A stretch of DNA of 64,000 nucleotides from Ostrea edulis. Taxonomy: Eukaryota. Where the stretch lies: contig NC_079170.1 of the NCBI RefSeq assembly GCF_947568905.1, positions 38,254,001-38,318,000 of the forward strand, written 5' to 3'. The translations under genes were made by a program, and so were the position numbers. Positions 1 through 15,240 of the stretch are shown piece after piece. The notes under the pieces are model-generated. The model was not told where the DNA came from. It did no database searches and saw nothing but the letters and a program-made list of their open reading frames with translations. The first letter of the stretch is position 1. Each line of letters opens with the position of its first letter.

Positions 1-243
1 ATGTATATCTTTCAAAGTTTTTTTTTTTATATAGTTAATGGTCAAACACACTTGATGTTGTATTAATATATGATACATTTACAATGATTTTATTGATATT
101 TTATTTCAAAAGACAAATATTTATTTTCATGCTTTAATGTCATGAATTTTGAGCTTTGAAAAAAGGTTGTCGCGCGCAAAATCTCCCATGGGGATTCTTA
201 AAAGTTGGCATGTATGTATTCGTACTCATTCATATACCCTTGA

Positions 244-1223
244 GTGCCCAGTAGTCGTGCGCTTAAGAAAATATTCGTTTCAAGAAATAGTAAAATGAAA
301 TATTAGCTAATCTCACATGATATTTTAACTTACCATGTTAAAATCTTACTTTCTCTTTATTCAAAATATTCCAAAGCAGTTTATCAAATTTATTGTTGAG
401 GCACAAAACAAGTGAAGTTCAACGTCAGCCATATTTGTTTAGGACCAGTAGTCGTGCACCCGGATGTAGCAGTAAAATGAGGCTAAGGAAACACATTTTA
501 TTGTTCAGCAACGTTTTTACCACATTCCTTTTATGCATTTGCACTTCCATACAGTGAATAGAGAAAAATATTACATTAAATCAAATAAATCCCATAGTGC
601 CCTTCTCCATGTGAACATTTCCTTTCCACGTGAAAAGGTTTGGATGGTGACACTAGGCGTATACTTATTCGCTGCCTTACGGACACTAATGCACACATCC
701 TTGACAGCCAGATAGACATTGATAAGTCGACTAGGACTGTATTGTCTCAACTTAACATTTGATTTTTTTTCTTTGAAGTCTAAAAACATTAAAAGAGATA
801 ACTTGTATGGCTATGCACTAATTCCCGACATTTTGAGCAACATTCCAAATGCATAAGGACTACCAACTTTTCAATAAACGAACAAATAAAATGTTTGTCC
901 TTATAAACCAATCGAAATACACCACAACCTTCACATTGGATTATGCTAATTAGCCATGTGCTTGGTACGGCCACCGGTTGCGGTTCAGCATGATTAACAC
1001 GTGCTTTCACAGTCAGGGAAAAAAGCATTAACAAAATGGCGGGTATTTTGGGTGTATAATTGTATTATTATCAATCCTTCCTGTTTGCTTCCCATATTTC
1101 ACTCATTGTAAAAATATGGATGCTCTCTTTAATTATCTTAAAAAATCAGCTCCTCATGACGTAATATTTAGGCATGGGCCCCAACAATGACAACAAACAA
1201 AATGGCGCACGACTACTGGGCAC
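244..1223. mobile_element. Non-autonomous TIR DNA transposon (~980 bp)
   Basis: Perfect 19-bp inverted repeat GTGCCCAGTAGTCGTGCGC at 244-262 and 1205-1223; no clear TSD or coding capacity. Confidence 0.5.
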
Positions 1224-2273
1224 GCTCGACTTTAGGACCTTCAGCCATATAGAGGGGGTAGGAGTTTTCGGTTTGCATGGAACGCTGAGTGTTTTGCAAC
1301 AGAACGCTGAAATATTAAATATCTAAACACATTACCGTAATCTGACCCAACATAATCACTAATCATGATGATTACTTGATCACAGTAACTCTTGGATTCT
1401 CGTTCAAGTCTCACCGCCAAACTAAGTTTGCAATATAAGGTATGCCGAACCCGACAGCACAAAACTTGAAATGTTTTCCACTTTGAGATAGTATATAATA
1501 TCATATGTAATATGTATGTATACATTCATCTTTTTTTTTTTTCACTCCAAAGACAATTGCAAAAACAAATTACTTTTCTAAGATAAAATATATATAAATC
1601 ATTTAGGACCTACAGCAATTTTTTTAGGAGGTGTGAAATTTCACATTTTCTGAATTAGAATAAAACAAAGTGGCGGCTTCAAAGGGATTGAATATTTTCA
1701 CCAAAATGTCATTATATATGTACGTGTTATTTTGGAATATCTATTTTCCCCCGCAACATCTGTACATCACTGAAAACAACTCCGAGTCAGAAAGAAAAAG
1801 TCACAATCTGAGGCCTTATTTAACAGTCGATGTATATACCTATGGCACGCCAAATTCACTAAATGAGCTAAACATAGTTTCTCGACTGTAAGCTATAGTT
1901 TACGGACCTAATTTTGGATAAGTCATAACAGAATGTTAAAATTATTAATATGCTTCAAACTTCCATTTTTCTCCTGTAATTGAATAGGAATTGTATGCGT
2001 TTTGAAAGATAATAATTTATAAGTGCCCAAAAGACTATATTGAGGCTTATACGAGGGATTCTCTGTATGGGCTTTATGAGTGACTTATTGACAGAAATTC
2101 AAGTGCCTGTGACAGGACAAACACTTCATGGACACCTTCTCAAATATATGCATGGAGTAGAAAAGATTTTCTTACATTTGATACATTTTCACCATATGGC
2201 CCTATAGCGCCTGAACCCTTGACTATGGATATCACAATTTTAATAGAGGGCTTCGTGTACATATCATAACAAT

Positions 2274-2354
2274 CAATGGCGGATTTAGAGGGGGGCGCAC
2301 CCTCGTGAAGTGGCGCCCCGGGCCCCGTAACCGCAATTCCTGGATCCGCCCCTG
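2274..2354. mobile_element. Small MITE with 5-bp TSD
   Basis: Imperfect TIRs CAATGGCGGATTTAG / CTGGATCCGCCCCTG; flanked by ACAAT at 2269-2273 and 2355-2359. Confidence 0.55.
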
Positions 2355-2760
2355 ACAATACATAGAAGAGTTGTGAAAATATAGACTTTTCAAGCATATC
2401 TGGCCCCGCCCATTAGACCCCAGGGGTGGTAATGTCATTTTCACATTTTTTTCCCCCGGACATATATCCATATGAGTGAAAGATTCTCCAGAGGGGCGTT
2501 AAACAATATACAATCAATGCTCTTATGCTAGAGGTGCTTCAAAAATGATAACAATTTCAAGAAGTTATAAAGATGCTTTGTTAACGGACGATGGACGACG
2601 CTCGACACACGTCGACGGACGAAGACCAATGTCAATAGGTCACCTGAGCCACTTAAAAAAGAATAAAGTGTCAACATTTACATTTGTACAAGGATTTAAA
2701 TTTTACTATTAACTCCATGATTTATTTATCAAATCAAGGTACAGCGATTGGTAACCATCT

Positions 2761-2768
2761 CACACACA

Positions 2769-2799
<31 letters not shown>
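2761..2799. repeat. (CA)n(CT)n microsatellite
   Basis: Direct reading of the sequence. Confidence 0.95.
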
Positions 2800-2801
<2 letters not shown>

Positions 2802-5187
2802 ACGTAATCTCTTAGGAAAGAATAGGCACGTGTGTTATCGTTGTAAAGACAATGAAAAGTACTATTTTACGTAGCTATAGACACTCTTATAAAAGTTTAC
2901 CCAATATTCTCTTTCGAATTTGAGAAAACACACCAGTTCAGGATACATTTGCTGCCTTTTACATTCTGTGCGTTAAGTTTATGGGAGTATCATTTTCTTC
3001 ATCAAAGTGCACAACGCGAGTCAACACATCATGGCTGACTCATTCCACAAAGTGAGATAAACAATTCAGGAACCTGTGCACTGCAAACGCTGACAAAATT
3101 TATGAGATTTAATTCTTGGGATAATTCAGCGACACACATGTTGGGAGGAATGAAAATTATTTAAACTAAACGAAGTTTAATAGGGAGGGGGGGTGTGTTC
3201 TATGAATGGTTATTCTTGACGAGGGGTTGAGGTGGGGTGGGAGCAAGCGTGAAATAAAACTTTTCCAACTACATTGTAATGGTTCTCAAGGGGCAGCAAG
3301 AAAATACATACAAATGTATACATATATCAACAAAGAAAATGGAGTGATTATACGACACATTATAATTTAAACACTATGTCACTGTTATTAGTTGCATATA
3401 TTGTTCTAGATAAATTTCCCGATTAGATTCAACATAGGTGGCTTTTCAGAACACAGTATTTGATGATTTTTTCATCAGTAAGCGTATTAAAAATCCGTAC
3501 AGTTTCTCCTTTAATATCACGAAAGCTTTTCTTTCGTTAACAAACTTTTTCACATTTAATTTTAATATAACAACAAATAATGAAGTTCCCCTCCTAATGA
3601 GCCGGAGTTAATTGCCATATTTCAAAATTAATAAAATAATTGGTTTTATTGTGTGCATGGGCAAAAAGATGAAATGCATGCTTGTTTGAATTTCTTTGCT
3701 AAACATAAAAAGTTGGGTGGGTTTTTTTTTCAATTTCTAAAAAACTTTCTTTCTTTTTTGAATTTCCTTCTTTATAAACTGTCTTACTGTTATGCCCTCT
3801 GGGCCCAAAATTGGAATAAACCTATCTTATCTTATAGTTCAGATTTAATGTGTACTAAAACTGCCAGATGCAGAAAAAAGGTACCCAAGTACTTATATAA
3901 TAGGGTGTATATTTAACATGATTGTTCTAGAATCTAACCTCTCCTAGCCTTTTTCGAGACAATGATTTTTGTTTTCTTAACACCAATCATTACAATTTAT
4001 TTCTGAATATCTATTATCTGTTGTAAACCTTCTGCTGATGTTGACATATTACTACATCGTCTGCATACATTAAACAATTTAAATTTTCATTTAGAAGTGA
4101 TACGGTATCTATATACAGTTTTGAGATACAATGGATATTGCATGCTAGCTACTGCATGGCTTTGGTAGAATTTTAGTTCATCATTAGAAATTGATCGAAG
4201 AGAAACTGTACACTAATCTATCAGGCAGGATAATTGAAGATCATATTTACTGACAATTAGTAAACGATAGTGAAAACCCATGGATACACTAAAGGATTAC
4301 CCCCCCCCCCCCCTTAGGATTTTGAGCTTTGGATTAACATAAGCCTTTTACATGTATGTTTTTTTAGGAGTTACGGGGTGTTGGGGGGGGTGGTACCCAA
4401 TTTCAACACATTTGAAAAAATCCGGGATCCGCGCATGAATTGCTATAGTCAATCGATTTTGACATTAAATGACCCATTAACGGTTATATACATGTACGTA
4501 GCTATGGTCATGCAGTAGATATTTACTTAATAGGAAGATAGTTTGAATTTCTTATCCATAGACAGTATTCACAGATTTTCTAAAGCTTATTAATTGTGTC
4601 TGATTCTCATAGTAACATTGACAGTATAATAAGAAATTACTTGATCACATTTTCTATATAGCAATTCGATGGATGTTGAGCTCGTAATGTTCTTCGGGAT
4701 TTTGATAACTTTTTATCTTGTTCTTTCAAACAACGGTAATATAAATGTGTAACTCGGGATTAACTAAGAAACTATGCTGAGATATGTTACAATGTGAATA
4801 AGATAACAAATATTTCATATTTGTTCAGCAAGTGTAGTTTAAATTAAAGTTTCTTCACCAAACTTGGGTCACTAAAGTTTTAAATATTTTTTCTAATAAG
4901 ATCCAGATTATCAAAACCTATTCTTCACTAGGATGAAGCCATGTTCTATTCTCAGAGCCTCTGTTTTATCACCCTATAGCTCCCCACATGGGCCTCAAAC
5001 TCCAAAACTTTCTCTCGCCAAGCTCGACAACATGTTTCGAAAAGTATCAAATTTCTTATCAGCACCTCTGTATATTGTGCATTTCGTTCTTGAGCTGATG
5101 TATGTGGTGGATCCAATCATTTGTTGCTGAATGAAAAAATTCCTAAAATGTTAACGTCCTTAAAAATAGATATATTTACGTGTATTT

Positions 5188-5189
<2 letters not shown>

Positions 5190-5228
<39 letters not shown>
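5190..5228. repeat. (CT)n microsatellite
   Basis: Direct reading. Confidence 0.95.
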
Positions 5229-5231
<3 letters not shown>

Positions 5232-6210
5232 ATATGAGAGAGTTTGGTTTAAAGTAGCAGGGAGCTGAACCCTTTTCTTAGAAGTGTCGTGTACATAGAG
5301 GGAATCAGAGTGATTGTTCAGGATTTATAATTAACTGATTCGATTGCCTTCTGTTTATTTTATATATGTCTTCGATGTTACTATATAGACACTTTGGCAC
5401 ATGATAACAGGGATCTCAATATTCTTACTTATTGTATGATCGGAAAAATAAGATTTGTTTTCTACAAAAGATATGCACCAATTACAGCTATATGGTGCTG
5501 CAATGGTTGTCTGAAATAGCTACAAGTTTATATCTTAGACTATAGGAGCTTATTTCTAAGCTCTCATAATTATTATAATGCATATTTTCCTAGCTTGAAC
5601 AACATTATTATGGTTACACAATTCTTTATCATATTGACTTAATTTATAAAATTAAATTTGAAAAGCAAATGTCTAGCTAATAGTTTTCTTTTGCATCCAG
5701 CACAGTCAATGTATAATTCACATGCTACCAAATTTTGTGAGATGAACACAAGAGAGCATGAATTTGGGTCTTGGGTGGAGAGAATGTTCTGTGTGAGAGA
5801 ATTAATTAGGAGCTAGTACCTCGTGAGAAAGGAGAGATCGTGTTTGGCAGTGAAGATGTAAAAGTGATTCACAAGTAGAAATGTAAATAAACTTGTATTA
5901 AAATAAAGCGATGGTATATTTTTAACACTGTTCGTTATCTTCAGTTTTTTATACAACCAGCACCGTCATAGAAAGGATCATTGTGACACAATGTCTTGGT
6001 GAAAATATACACATGTTATGCTATTGTAAAAGAAATAAGTATTTCTTATTGCATCAGGAACATCCACAGAGGTTTATCCAATACTCCCTTTCGAATTGTA
6101 GAAAGAGAGAGAGAGATTTCAGTACGGGCATATCCCCACAGCTAATCAATATATATGGGGAATATAACAGTAAGAACAGAATATGCATGTCTACATAACA
6201 GGGCTAACCC

Positions 6211-6242
<32 letters not shown>

Positions 6243-7930
6243 TTCTCTGTCACATCAATCAAATTTACAAAGTTGGGACGTTCTTACAATGTTTGTGTGA
6301 GGAAAAGTAAAATAACAATGACAAGGGGAGAAATAAATATATTGTTGTTATGGGTAGGTCTGTCTCATAGTGTAATTTGCAGGTAATCAGTTCAATAAAT
6401 GTCCTCAGTGCATGGTAGGGATTTTCTTCCTTCCTTCTCTCCTTTCTTTCTCTCTTTCTTTCACTTCATTTCATATTCATTGAAAATGTCATCAATATGT
6501 AAGATACATTTCAAAAAGTATATTAAATATTGCACGATTTTCCAAAGTGAAAAAAAAAAACAAACCACATTTGTTAATATATAAAATAAAAAGTAAAACG
6601 ACACTAAACAAAATTAGAATTAAAGATTGCACCATGAGTTGAAAATAGAGAGATGTCCCCCTTTACTCTCTTCATTTCTCTTGCTCAAGTTTATGCGTAG
6701 AATGCGAGGAAAAGAGTTTATTAGTTTTAGTATAGCTGTACATGGTTACATGTACAATCATTGATGTCACTAACGATTACAGATTAAGTACGTGTGTAAT
6801 TTTAAACTCACCCGATCTGAGTTCTCTGGTTGCTGGATGCTCTTTCTGCCATCTGTAAGATAATAAGCACTTTATCAATTAATATTGAAAAGTGTCGAGA
6901 GGACCATCAGATCTGAATATTTATTTATTGAAATTTTCTTACCGTTTCCAGAAATAAAGAAATCCCAATTGAAAAATAAATCACAGAACGAAGAAAACAG
7001 CAAAAACAACCACTGATATGTAATTTCACAATAAAAGCACACATATATTAGCACAATTTTAAAAGAAATATATATCCAAACTGAAATATAATGGAAATGA
7101 TTAGTAAACAAAAGCAAAAATTGTTGAAGACGATTGCGATTGCACTTGTAAGATGATAGCTTAGAATTTTCACTGCCGTCGCTTTTGGAGCAAATTAAGT
7201 GAAAGGTCATTGAATATTTGGAATTTCCTGTTCAGTCACACATCCTCAACGCATGCGCCTTGAATGCATTTGGAATTAAATGATAAGTTAAATCTCCCCC
7301 CCCCCCCCCCCCCAATCTATCTCCATTTTCAAATTTGTTTTTGGGACTAGCTGTGTTTTCATTTGATATTGCTAAACAAAATAGCATATATCATTTATTA
7401 GAGATAGGTTTGCCTTTATATTAGATAACTTTATCCTTTTAGTTCTTAATAGCTGTAACACAATTCATACACTCTAGGCCTATATGTTTCATTCAAAACT
7501 AAAATATTATAAACTGTATTTTTCATTTATATAACTTTAATATACGTCCATTATAGACGATATATAGCATGGAGGATCTAGCTGTTATTTCCTCTATCTG
7601 CTCGTACTTTGTGAATCAGATAAAGCAGAGTTCTTATTGAGCTAGGATCATAACACTCGGTACATATATCTTTCCCATAACTATGGAAGGTCAAAGGCTA
7701 TTGTCAAACTTACAGACGGGGATAGTTCTATATCACAAGCACGAAACAAGATAGAAACAGTACTAGCAAGGCTATTATAATTAGACCTGATACACATGTT
7801 CAAACATCATAGTCTATATATGCGTCAAATATTAGAATTCTATTAGCACAAAACAGATTGAAACAATACTAACAGGGCTAGAAAAATTAAATGCACCCCC
7901 ATAGACGGACTTTATGATACTAGTATTATG

Positions 7931-7932
<2 letters not shown>

Positions 7933-7971
<39 letters not shown>
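7933..7971. repeat. (CT)n microsatellite
   Basis: Direct reading. Confidence 0.95.
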
Positions 7972-7975
<4 letters not shown>

Positions 7976-8805
7976 GTGTGCGCGCGTGTGTTCATCTACC
8001 AGAACATTGTGGGAAGGATAAAAGAGTATTATACAGGCAAAAATAATCAAACCTGATACACATGTCCCTTATGGTGAGAGGAAAATGCCTTAACTTCTCA
8101 ATGTCAAACTTTCATGGTTAATCGTGGCGGAAAAAGTTAAAGTACTAATGAGACTATGATTACAAAACTTGGTATACATGCTCCCCGTGGTATTATTGCT
8201 AAGATTGTATTTTCGCTTCTCAAGTTGTACTCTATTCAATTTAACAAATAACACTGAATGCATTGTACAGGTGTATTTTGCAGCGTAAGCATAGAGTTTT
8301 ATTTTTAAGGTCTTCCGTCGAAACGATAGAGCTTTCACGTGAGCTTTTCAAATCATAGTTCGACCGTTTGTGAAAAAAGATTTCGATAGGAATACAATTT
8401 TTGCTCATGTGATGTTTTTTTTTTTCTTTTTTGAAAACAATCTTAAACTTATTTTCATAATTTCCAACGTTTGCAGTTGTGTGCTTTGTGTTTGTTTTCC
8501 AGAAAAAACATTAAGATAACATTGAAATACATGACAAAAAATATATGGTACCCTCCACCAATTTAACTTTGCGTATACGGGAAAGTATTGGATGCTTTAT
8601 GTTGTTAGCCTTTCTATTTCCGTATTATCATGTTGGTACTCAATGCAACACGTATCTAAATATTAATGTTAATTTTGCGATTATATGAGTCATGGTGATT
8701 TCGTACAAAATTAAAATTCAATTCGTTAAAAAATGCACGTATCTAGAAAAAGTTAAAAATATTGTTTCACACTATAACACATAAATATAAATATATATAG
8801 GTTTG

Positions 8806-9074
8806 TGATTGATTGATTGAATATTTTTAACGTCCCTCTCGAGAATAATTCACTCATATGGAGACGTCACCACTGCCGGTGAAGGGCTGCAAAATTAGGG
8901 CCTATGCTCGACGCTTATGGCCATTGAGTAGGGAGGGATCTTTATCATGCCACACTTGCTGTGAAACGGGACCTCGGTTTTTGCGGTTTCATCCGAAGGA
9001 CCGCTCCATTTAGTCAACTCTTACGACAAGCAAGGGGGTGCCGAGGACCTATTCTAACCCGGACCCCCACGGGC
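8806..9074 (-). mobile_element. SINE copy lacking the tRNA head
   Basis: (CAAT)n tail on the minus strand; 3' body (CACTCATATGGAGACGTCACC...TAGGCCTATGCTCG) shared with copies at 58683 and 61769. Confidence 0.75.
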
Positions 9075-11663
9075 TTATACATTTGTGAGTGTAGGTCACA
9101 ATTTCAAGGTCTTGGTAGGGTCAAAGGTCAATAACGACTTGTTTCTGCTACCGAAACGTTTGGAAGCATAGCCATCAATTAGTGTTTTGAAATACTATTT
9201 TGGGGTGGGTGGTTTTTTTTAAATATTTTTTTTTCACTTCGCCAAATTTTATAGGAGACTCAATACATACCTAAATCAATTAATTGTGCACAGCAGATCA
9301 AAACAATAAAGTTAACGTCAATATTAATTTTATAATTATACATGTGTTATTGTGTGTATGTTAGTGTGTTCGTATGTGTGTGTGTAACACTGGTCTTGTA
9401 GACACTCTAGAGGCCATATTTTTGCTTGGTTGAGTTGATACTTTACATGTAGCTTTGTTATCAAAAGAGGTAGAAGACCGTTGATTCTTGGGATCAAAGG
9501 TCAAAGTCACCACATAACTTCATAGGAAAAGCTTTTCGACACTCTAGAGGCAACAATATTTTTGCTCGACTATGTAAATTTCTTATCAACACAGGAAAAC
9601 CCCTATATGATCTCGGGGTCCAAAGGTTAATGTAACTACCGGACATTATGAAAAAAGCTTATAGACACTCATTGAGAGGGGATATACCCCCTCTTGCGGA
9701 ACTCTTGTTGACCTAGATAATTCTGGAATAAGAGGTCCTTGACCCAACCTGTCAAAAGGACACCTGCATTTCTCTCCGTTCATACGAAACAGGGACAGTT
9801 AAGGGGATGTTTTCTACATCTGGATATAGAGGGAAAATAATTGTGTAAGGTTATGGAATCTAGCTCATATTTTTGATGTTGAAAATCCCTTTGTGACCTG
9901 CGACTACCTGAAGTTAGGGGAAGTCTTGCTCATGCTTAGTCCTGGGAATATGCAGTTACCTGTTTGCATGACTAACACTCTATATGAGTACTTGATAGAG
10001 CTGCTGTTGTTATTTTATATCCTTTTTTTTTTTTTTTTTAATTTTCATTGTATTGAGCGTGGATTGTTCAGCAAATAACCGGATACCTTGTAAATAGTAC
10101 ACATTGACGTGTATAGAATGTTATTCTATATATGATATCTATATACATATGTTTACTGCAGGAGTTTGTTTTATATACCGGTATCTCGCTGTTATTTCTA
10201 TATTAATGTAAATAATATATATCTAGCATAGATTTTACAATAGAGCATAAACACTTTTCATGGAATTCTGATGGTCTTCATTACAAGAATATTTTTAGAT
10301 ACCTTTACAATATTAAAAATCTGCGTTAAAATTTTACTCTTTAATAGTATTTTTACATTTTTTTCCCGTAAATTTAAATTCTGAAACATTTTTAGAATGA
10401 TCAATGATATGCAGTTTTTCGCTACAGTCCTCACAAATGGTTTCAGTTAGGCCCTTCATATATACCTTAATGACGTAACTATTATATGTTGGTCATGGGG
10501 AAAAAAGAAATATGATAAAGGAGACGTTATTGAATATTACCAACTACACTTATAATCTAGTTTCTTATTTACCGATGGACCAAAAATCGGTCCTATCGAA
10601 ACCTCTTCTTTCTCAATGTTAGACTTCTTCGTAAAGAACAATTGGGCCAAATTTATCCGAGACACTGAAGAAAAATAAGTTGACACCTTTAATGCAGTTA
10701 TTTGTCAAAACACAGTGAATGAGTGATGACACAGTAGAGCTTCGATATTTTGATAAATACATGTAATACATACGGTATATATAGTCTTTGGAAATCAGGT
10801 CTTTCAATACCCGGTTCGATCTTTTGCTAGCTAAGTTATTTCAATGTTATCGAAGGGCAAAAAAGGGTCCATAAGGCTGTTGCATGAAGGAAGGAAAATT
10901 TGAAGTGAATGATGTCTGATTTGTCGACCACAGAGGGTATCATTCATGCATTCACTCGCTGCATCCTTACAGACTCGAAAGGAGGCTTGGAAAGCATTAT
11001 ATTTATATGTTTTTCTCAGAAAAAAATGTCTTTGACAAAATCATATCTAAAAGACTATATATACCGTACTTAGCTAAAATTCTGAAATATGTACGGGTGA
11101 CTGGTTTTAGCTAGACGGGAATGGTGCACAGGTAAGGGTGTCAAAGAACAAAGGAAAATAATGACAGGTAACCTATAATCTGTTTTGTAACACATCACAG
11201 GTAATTTGGTTTAGTATTAAAATTGGGCAGTAAAATTCCATTTCAAAAAAAAAAAAAAAAAGAAAGACGTGAGATTAATTCTTTAGTTTTATACATGAAA
11301 CACATTTAGAAAAGGACAAGGGACATTTTTGGCCAAAATTGGTCGCGCTTCAAAAACCGATCATATTTTGCAGGTAGAAAGGTGATAATTTTCTCGTTTC
11401 ATTCATATATAACATGTACCATTTATTTGTTGCTGATATTGAGAAAATAACGTTACAATATTGCATTGTTAACTTTGACGCTGTCTTCCGACGGTCGCTT
11501 TTTCGGAACAACGTCATCGACTTCATATGATTCTTCTAGAATATTTTTCTAAAAGTTATAATTCTAACTTTTCATATAAAAATACTAATTGAGATCAAAG
11601 ACTTAAAAACTGGCATGCTATGGAAAATACATTATGCATTTACATGTAACTTTATCGTGTTCA

Positions 11664-11772
11664 CAATCTAATTAAAATTAGATCTTCCATCCGCTCCCCA
11701 GTTTTCGATACGTCGCCACGCGACGTATCGAAAACTGGGGAGCGGATGGAAGATCTAATTTTAATCAGATTG
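11664..11772. mobile_element. Foldback hairpin MITE, 9-bp TSD (Mutator-like)
   Basis: 53-bp arms with one mismatch around a 3-nt CAC loop; CAATC...GATTG ends; TSD TCGTGTTCA at 11655-11663 and 11773-11781. Confidence 0.8.
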
Positions 11773-12315
11773 TCGTGTTCATAGACATTTTGCGGCAGAA
11801 TCTTGTGTTAATTAGAGTGAGGAAAATAATGCGTGTATTTGCCAAAAATTTATGAGTAGAACGCAATCATATTTTCGAAGGCGCTGTTCGATGTCTTCCT
11901 ATTCAAATGAATTATGGAAAATAAAATGGCTTGGTGATAAATATAAACATTTCGATTGAAAACGTCGATTGAGTCGGATAAAATTACTTGTTATGTCATG
12001 TACACCAAGGACTATATATAACAGGTCTGCTTACACGTGTATGTAATATACATGTACATGTTACAATACATACGAATATAATATGTCGGCCTGCATGCTG
12101 TGGGTATTTACAAAATACATTGAATAGAGGTACTAAACGATACAAATTTATGTTGCATGAATGGGATATAATTTTCTTGGGTACAGCAAAACACGTCAAG
12201 TAATATGCATGTAACTTCAGATGGTATATTTTATATAGCAAATATATTTTAAAACCTCACAAAAATGCGTCTGTGTTTATATCGTTACATTCCCCTAAAT
12301 CGTCAACAAAGAGTA

Positions 12316-12317
<2 letters not shown>

Positions 12318-12360
<43 letters not shown>
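12318..12360. repeat. (CT)n microsatellite
   Basis: Direct reading. Confidence 0.95.
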
Positions 12361-12361
<1 letters not shown>

Positions 12362-12480
12362 GCATTGCGTAGTTTTACTGATGTAAACACATCAAATGTG
12401 TATGTATATATTTAGAACATGTATCAGTTATTCTTCAAATGGACCCTGAGAAGTTGTTTCAGTACGTTTATAGACAATGT

Positions 12481-12606
12481 GGTATATTTAACATAGTCCT
12501 TGAAACGTAGGGCGTCCTGGCCATCATCATCTTCCAGCGCCTGAAACCACACATCCTCCACTTGGTGTTCAGGAATCAGAGGGAGAACAGTTGCTCTTCT
12601 AACGAA
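12481..12606 (-). pseudogene. MULE-type transposase fragment
   Basis: Minus strand reads FVRRATVLPLIPEHQVEDVWFQALEDDDGQDALRFKDYVKYT, resembling the LPLxP..VEDVW...F.DYV segment of invertebrate MULE transposases; recognised by eye; in-frame stop just upstream. Confidence 0.5.
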
Positions 12607-12620
12607 GCGATCTCATAAAC

Positions 12621-12622
<2 letters not shown>

Positions 12623-12660
<38 letters not shown>
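12623..12660. repeat. (AG)n microsatellite
   Basis: Direct reading. Confidence 0.95.
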
Positions 12661-12664
<4 letters not shown>

Positions 12665-15240
12665 AAAATCCATGGCAGAAGTAATAAACCATTCATGGAC
12701 TAAACATTTCAATGTTCTTGAATTATTCCATATTCTAGGATGTTCAAATTTTTGTTTAAAGTGTTACATAGTGAAAATCATATTAGAAATTGCTATGATG
12801 AATCATATTGCAAATGTGATAGAATGAAAAATTATAACAAATACTGGGCTTATTGTGTGAAAGAAAAATAGTTTGAGATTGGTCTAGGGTAAATATTTGA
12901 TGTGAACAAGAAAATACTACATTTGATTTGGAAAAAATTGAGTTATATAACTAAGTGAAAGATTTAATTAATTCGTCTTCAAAGTGTATTGTTTACAAGC
13001 ATGTCATAGATCATTTTTTTCTTTACAATATTACCGCGGTGTAAACATATACATAATGATTATTTTATCTCTTGCCTAAATGTATCTTATTCATATTGTA
13101 AATTTGACACTTATTCCTATGTTTTATTTTGAGTCAACCTGCCCTTTGTTTACATGCACATTGTACATATTCATAGTGTTTACATTTTGTAACATGTGTG
13201 ATCCAAATTATTTCAATTGCAATTACAATTAGTAATCATTCCACATTCCAGTTGAATCACTTTTATTTACTGAACATTGTTCATTTCTTGTTTTACACAC
13301 TTTATTCCTGTCAAAACGTGATCGCCATTTGTAAGTTACAATAATATAAGTGCATATGTACTTATTTTCCAATATCAGCAATTTGAATGTTATATATTTA
13401 ACCATGCTCTTGTCTCTTTGAAATAAAATACAGTTTACACTAAACATACATAGATAAGCATATGTTAAACCATCAATGAATTACACTATCTTATCCTTTA
13501 AAAATATACTTATATTTGTACACCTCTAGACAATGTCATTTATATATTAAAACATTATTTAAATCTTTGTCATTTCATACTGATAAGAAGAGATATACTT
13601 ATAATATACTGTACATATATGTATATGATTTGCTTTCATAGGCCTGACTGATAATTACAGGTAGTTAGTCTAAAACAGACCATACCCAGGAACCACTCAG
13701 GTGTGAAAATCACAGTTTTAGCTAAGTGGGAATAACAATTTCAGAATTTTAGCTAAGTGAGAATGAATCCGTAATAATCCTACAGACAGATGGGCTGACA
13801 GACGAATGGACTGGTGATTCCTTTATACCCTCTCCTTATCTAATTAAGTAGAATCTGTCAGAGAACAGATTGTTACAAAATCTAAAAGGAAATGACAAAG
13901 TCTATAACTTTAAAAATAAAATACTTGTAAAATAAAAATATCTGTAACTTCATTGAATCTAAATAAAAATGACGGGTGCAAAATTTCTATTATATACTTA
14001 ATATACATGTATACAAAAAGTTTGAATCAAATCTGTTAATTTTTTAAAAAGATAAATACTCTGGACAATGACATCAACCCCTGAAAATAGAAAATATACA
14101 TGTATATACATAACAAAATGTGAAGATACTAGTAGTCGGAGCCAATGGAGTATGAACTTTTAGATACTAGATTCTCCAAAATGCATTTTTTTCTGGGATT
14201 GTTCTTTGTGTTGTTGTCGAAGAAATCGCTTATTTTTAGCTGGTTTTGTAATATGTTTCTTTTCAACACATCTTTTTAAATCGGATAGTCATGAAAACAA
14301 AAATAATATCTAATAAATGGGACACTCACAAATCAGGCATTTTTAGATTATACCAGCGTAGAGAGTCGCATACCCTTATATGTTTCATTTCTTGAATAAT
14401 TACATTTTCATTGTTTTCGCCTTTGGTATCTTTACAAATAGTAATGATAGCCATTTTCTCGTGAATGCAATGCATTTGTTAACAATGCACGCATGGATTT
14501 TGATAAATACAGTATGTCTATTTAACGGCTTGGAATTCCGACAGAAAAAAAAGTGAAATGTAAATAAAGAATTAAATGCTAACATGAAGTATGCCTGTGT
14601 GAAGCATCGCAATTCATACCCTCGTGTATTTCCAAAAACTAAATTCATTTCTTGACTGAATCTGGACAGTCTTTTCAAAGACTCGTAATTCACAAACTAA
14701 ATAAACCAAGAAATCATTGAAGGAATGTATACACACTTCATAAAACGTTCTTCTTTCCCGCTTGAACTCTGAAAGGAAAGCGAACGATGAACGAACACAG
14801 AAAGAAGGAAGGACGAATTCTTATATAAACAAGATTTAGAAGAAGTAATCACTATCGAGATAGGCAAAAAGTATAGTGTACCCAAAAATCTGTACTTTAT
14901 GTAAGAATGATGTTGGAGATACCATGACTTGTTCAGCTTTAAGTGAGAGTAGAAAAAATACTTACATTTTAAACATACAAACAGACCAAATGTCATAAAA
15001 GTCTTTACTTTGTTCCCATGTAAAAAGTTATTTATTATGAGTAATCTTACCAAATTCATAAATGCATGTATCATTCACAAGAAAGTTATCCTTCCAGGTT
15101 AAAACAATACAAATTGTGCACTCTTGAATGCATATACATTTCATCAATTATTTGATTAACATTGTGTGTATATATGTATCTTCCTTATGGTAATTAGTGC
15201 AATATGAGAATAAATTGAATTGAATTGTAAAATGTTCGTT

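Noticed and set aside
5736-5988. Possible solo LTR (TGTGAGAT...TGTGACA with AATAAA); similar ends flank the Polinton at 24996 and 45602
   Set aside because: No target-site duplication at either place and only weak terminal complementarity.
6812-10664. Candidate minus-strand host exons (6812-6852 starting with ATG; 10573-10664 with one open frame; others near 9750-9960)
   Set aside because: Splice signals look plausible, but the phases do not join into a coherent ORF and no protein family is recognisable; needs RNA-seq.
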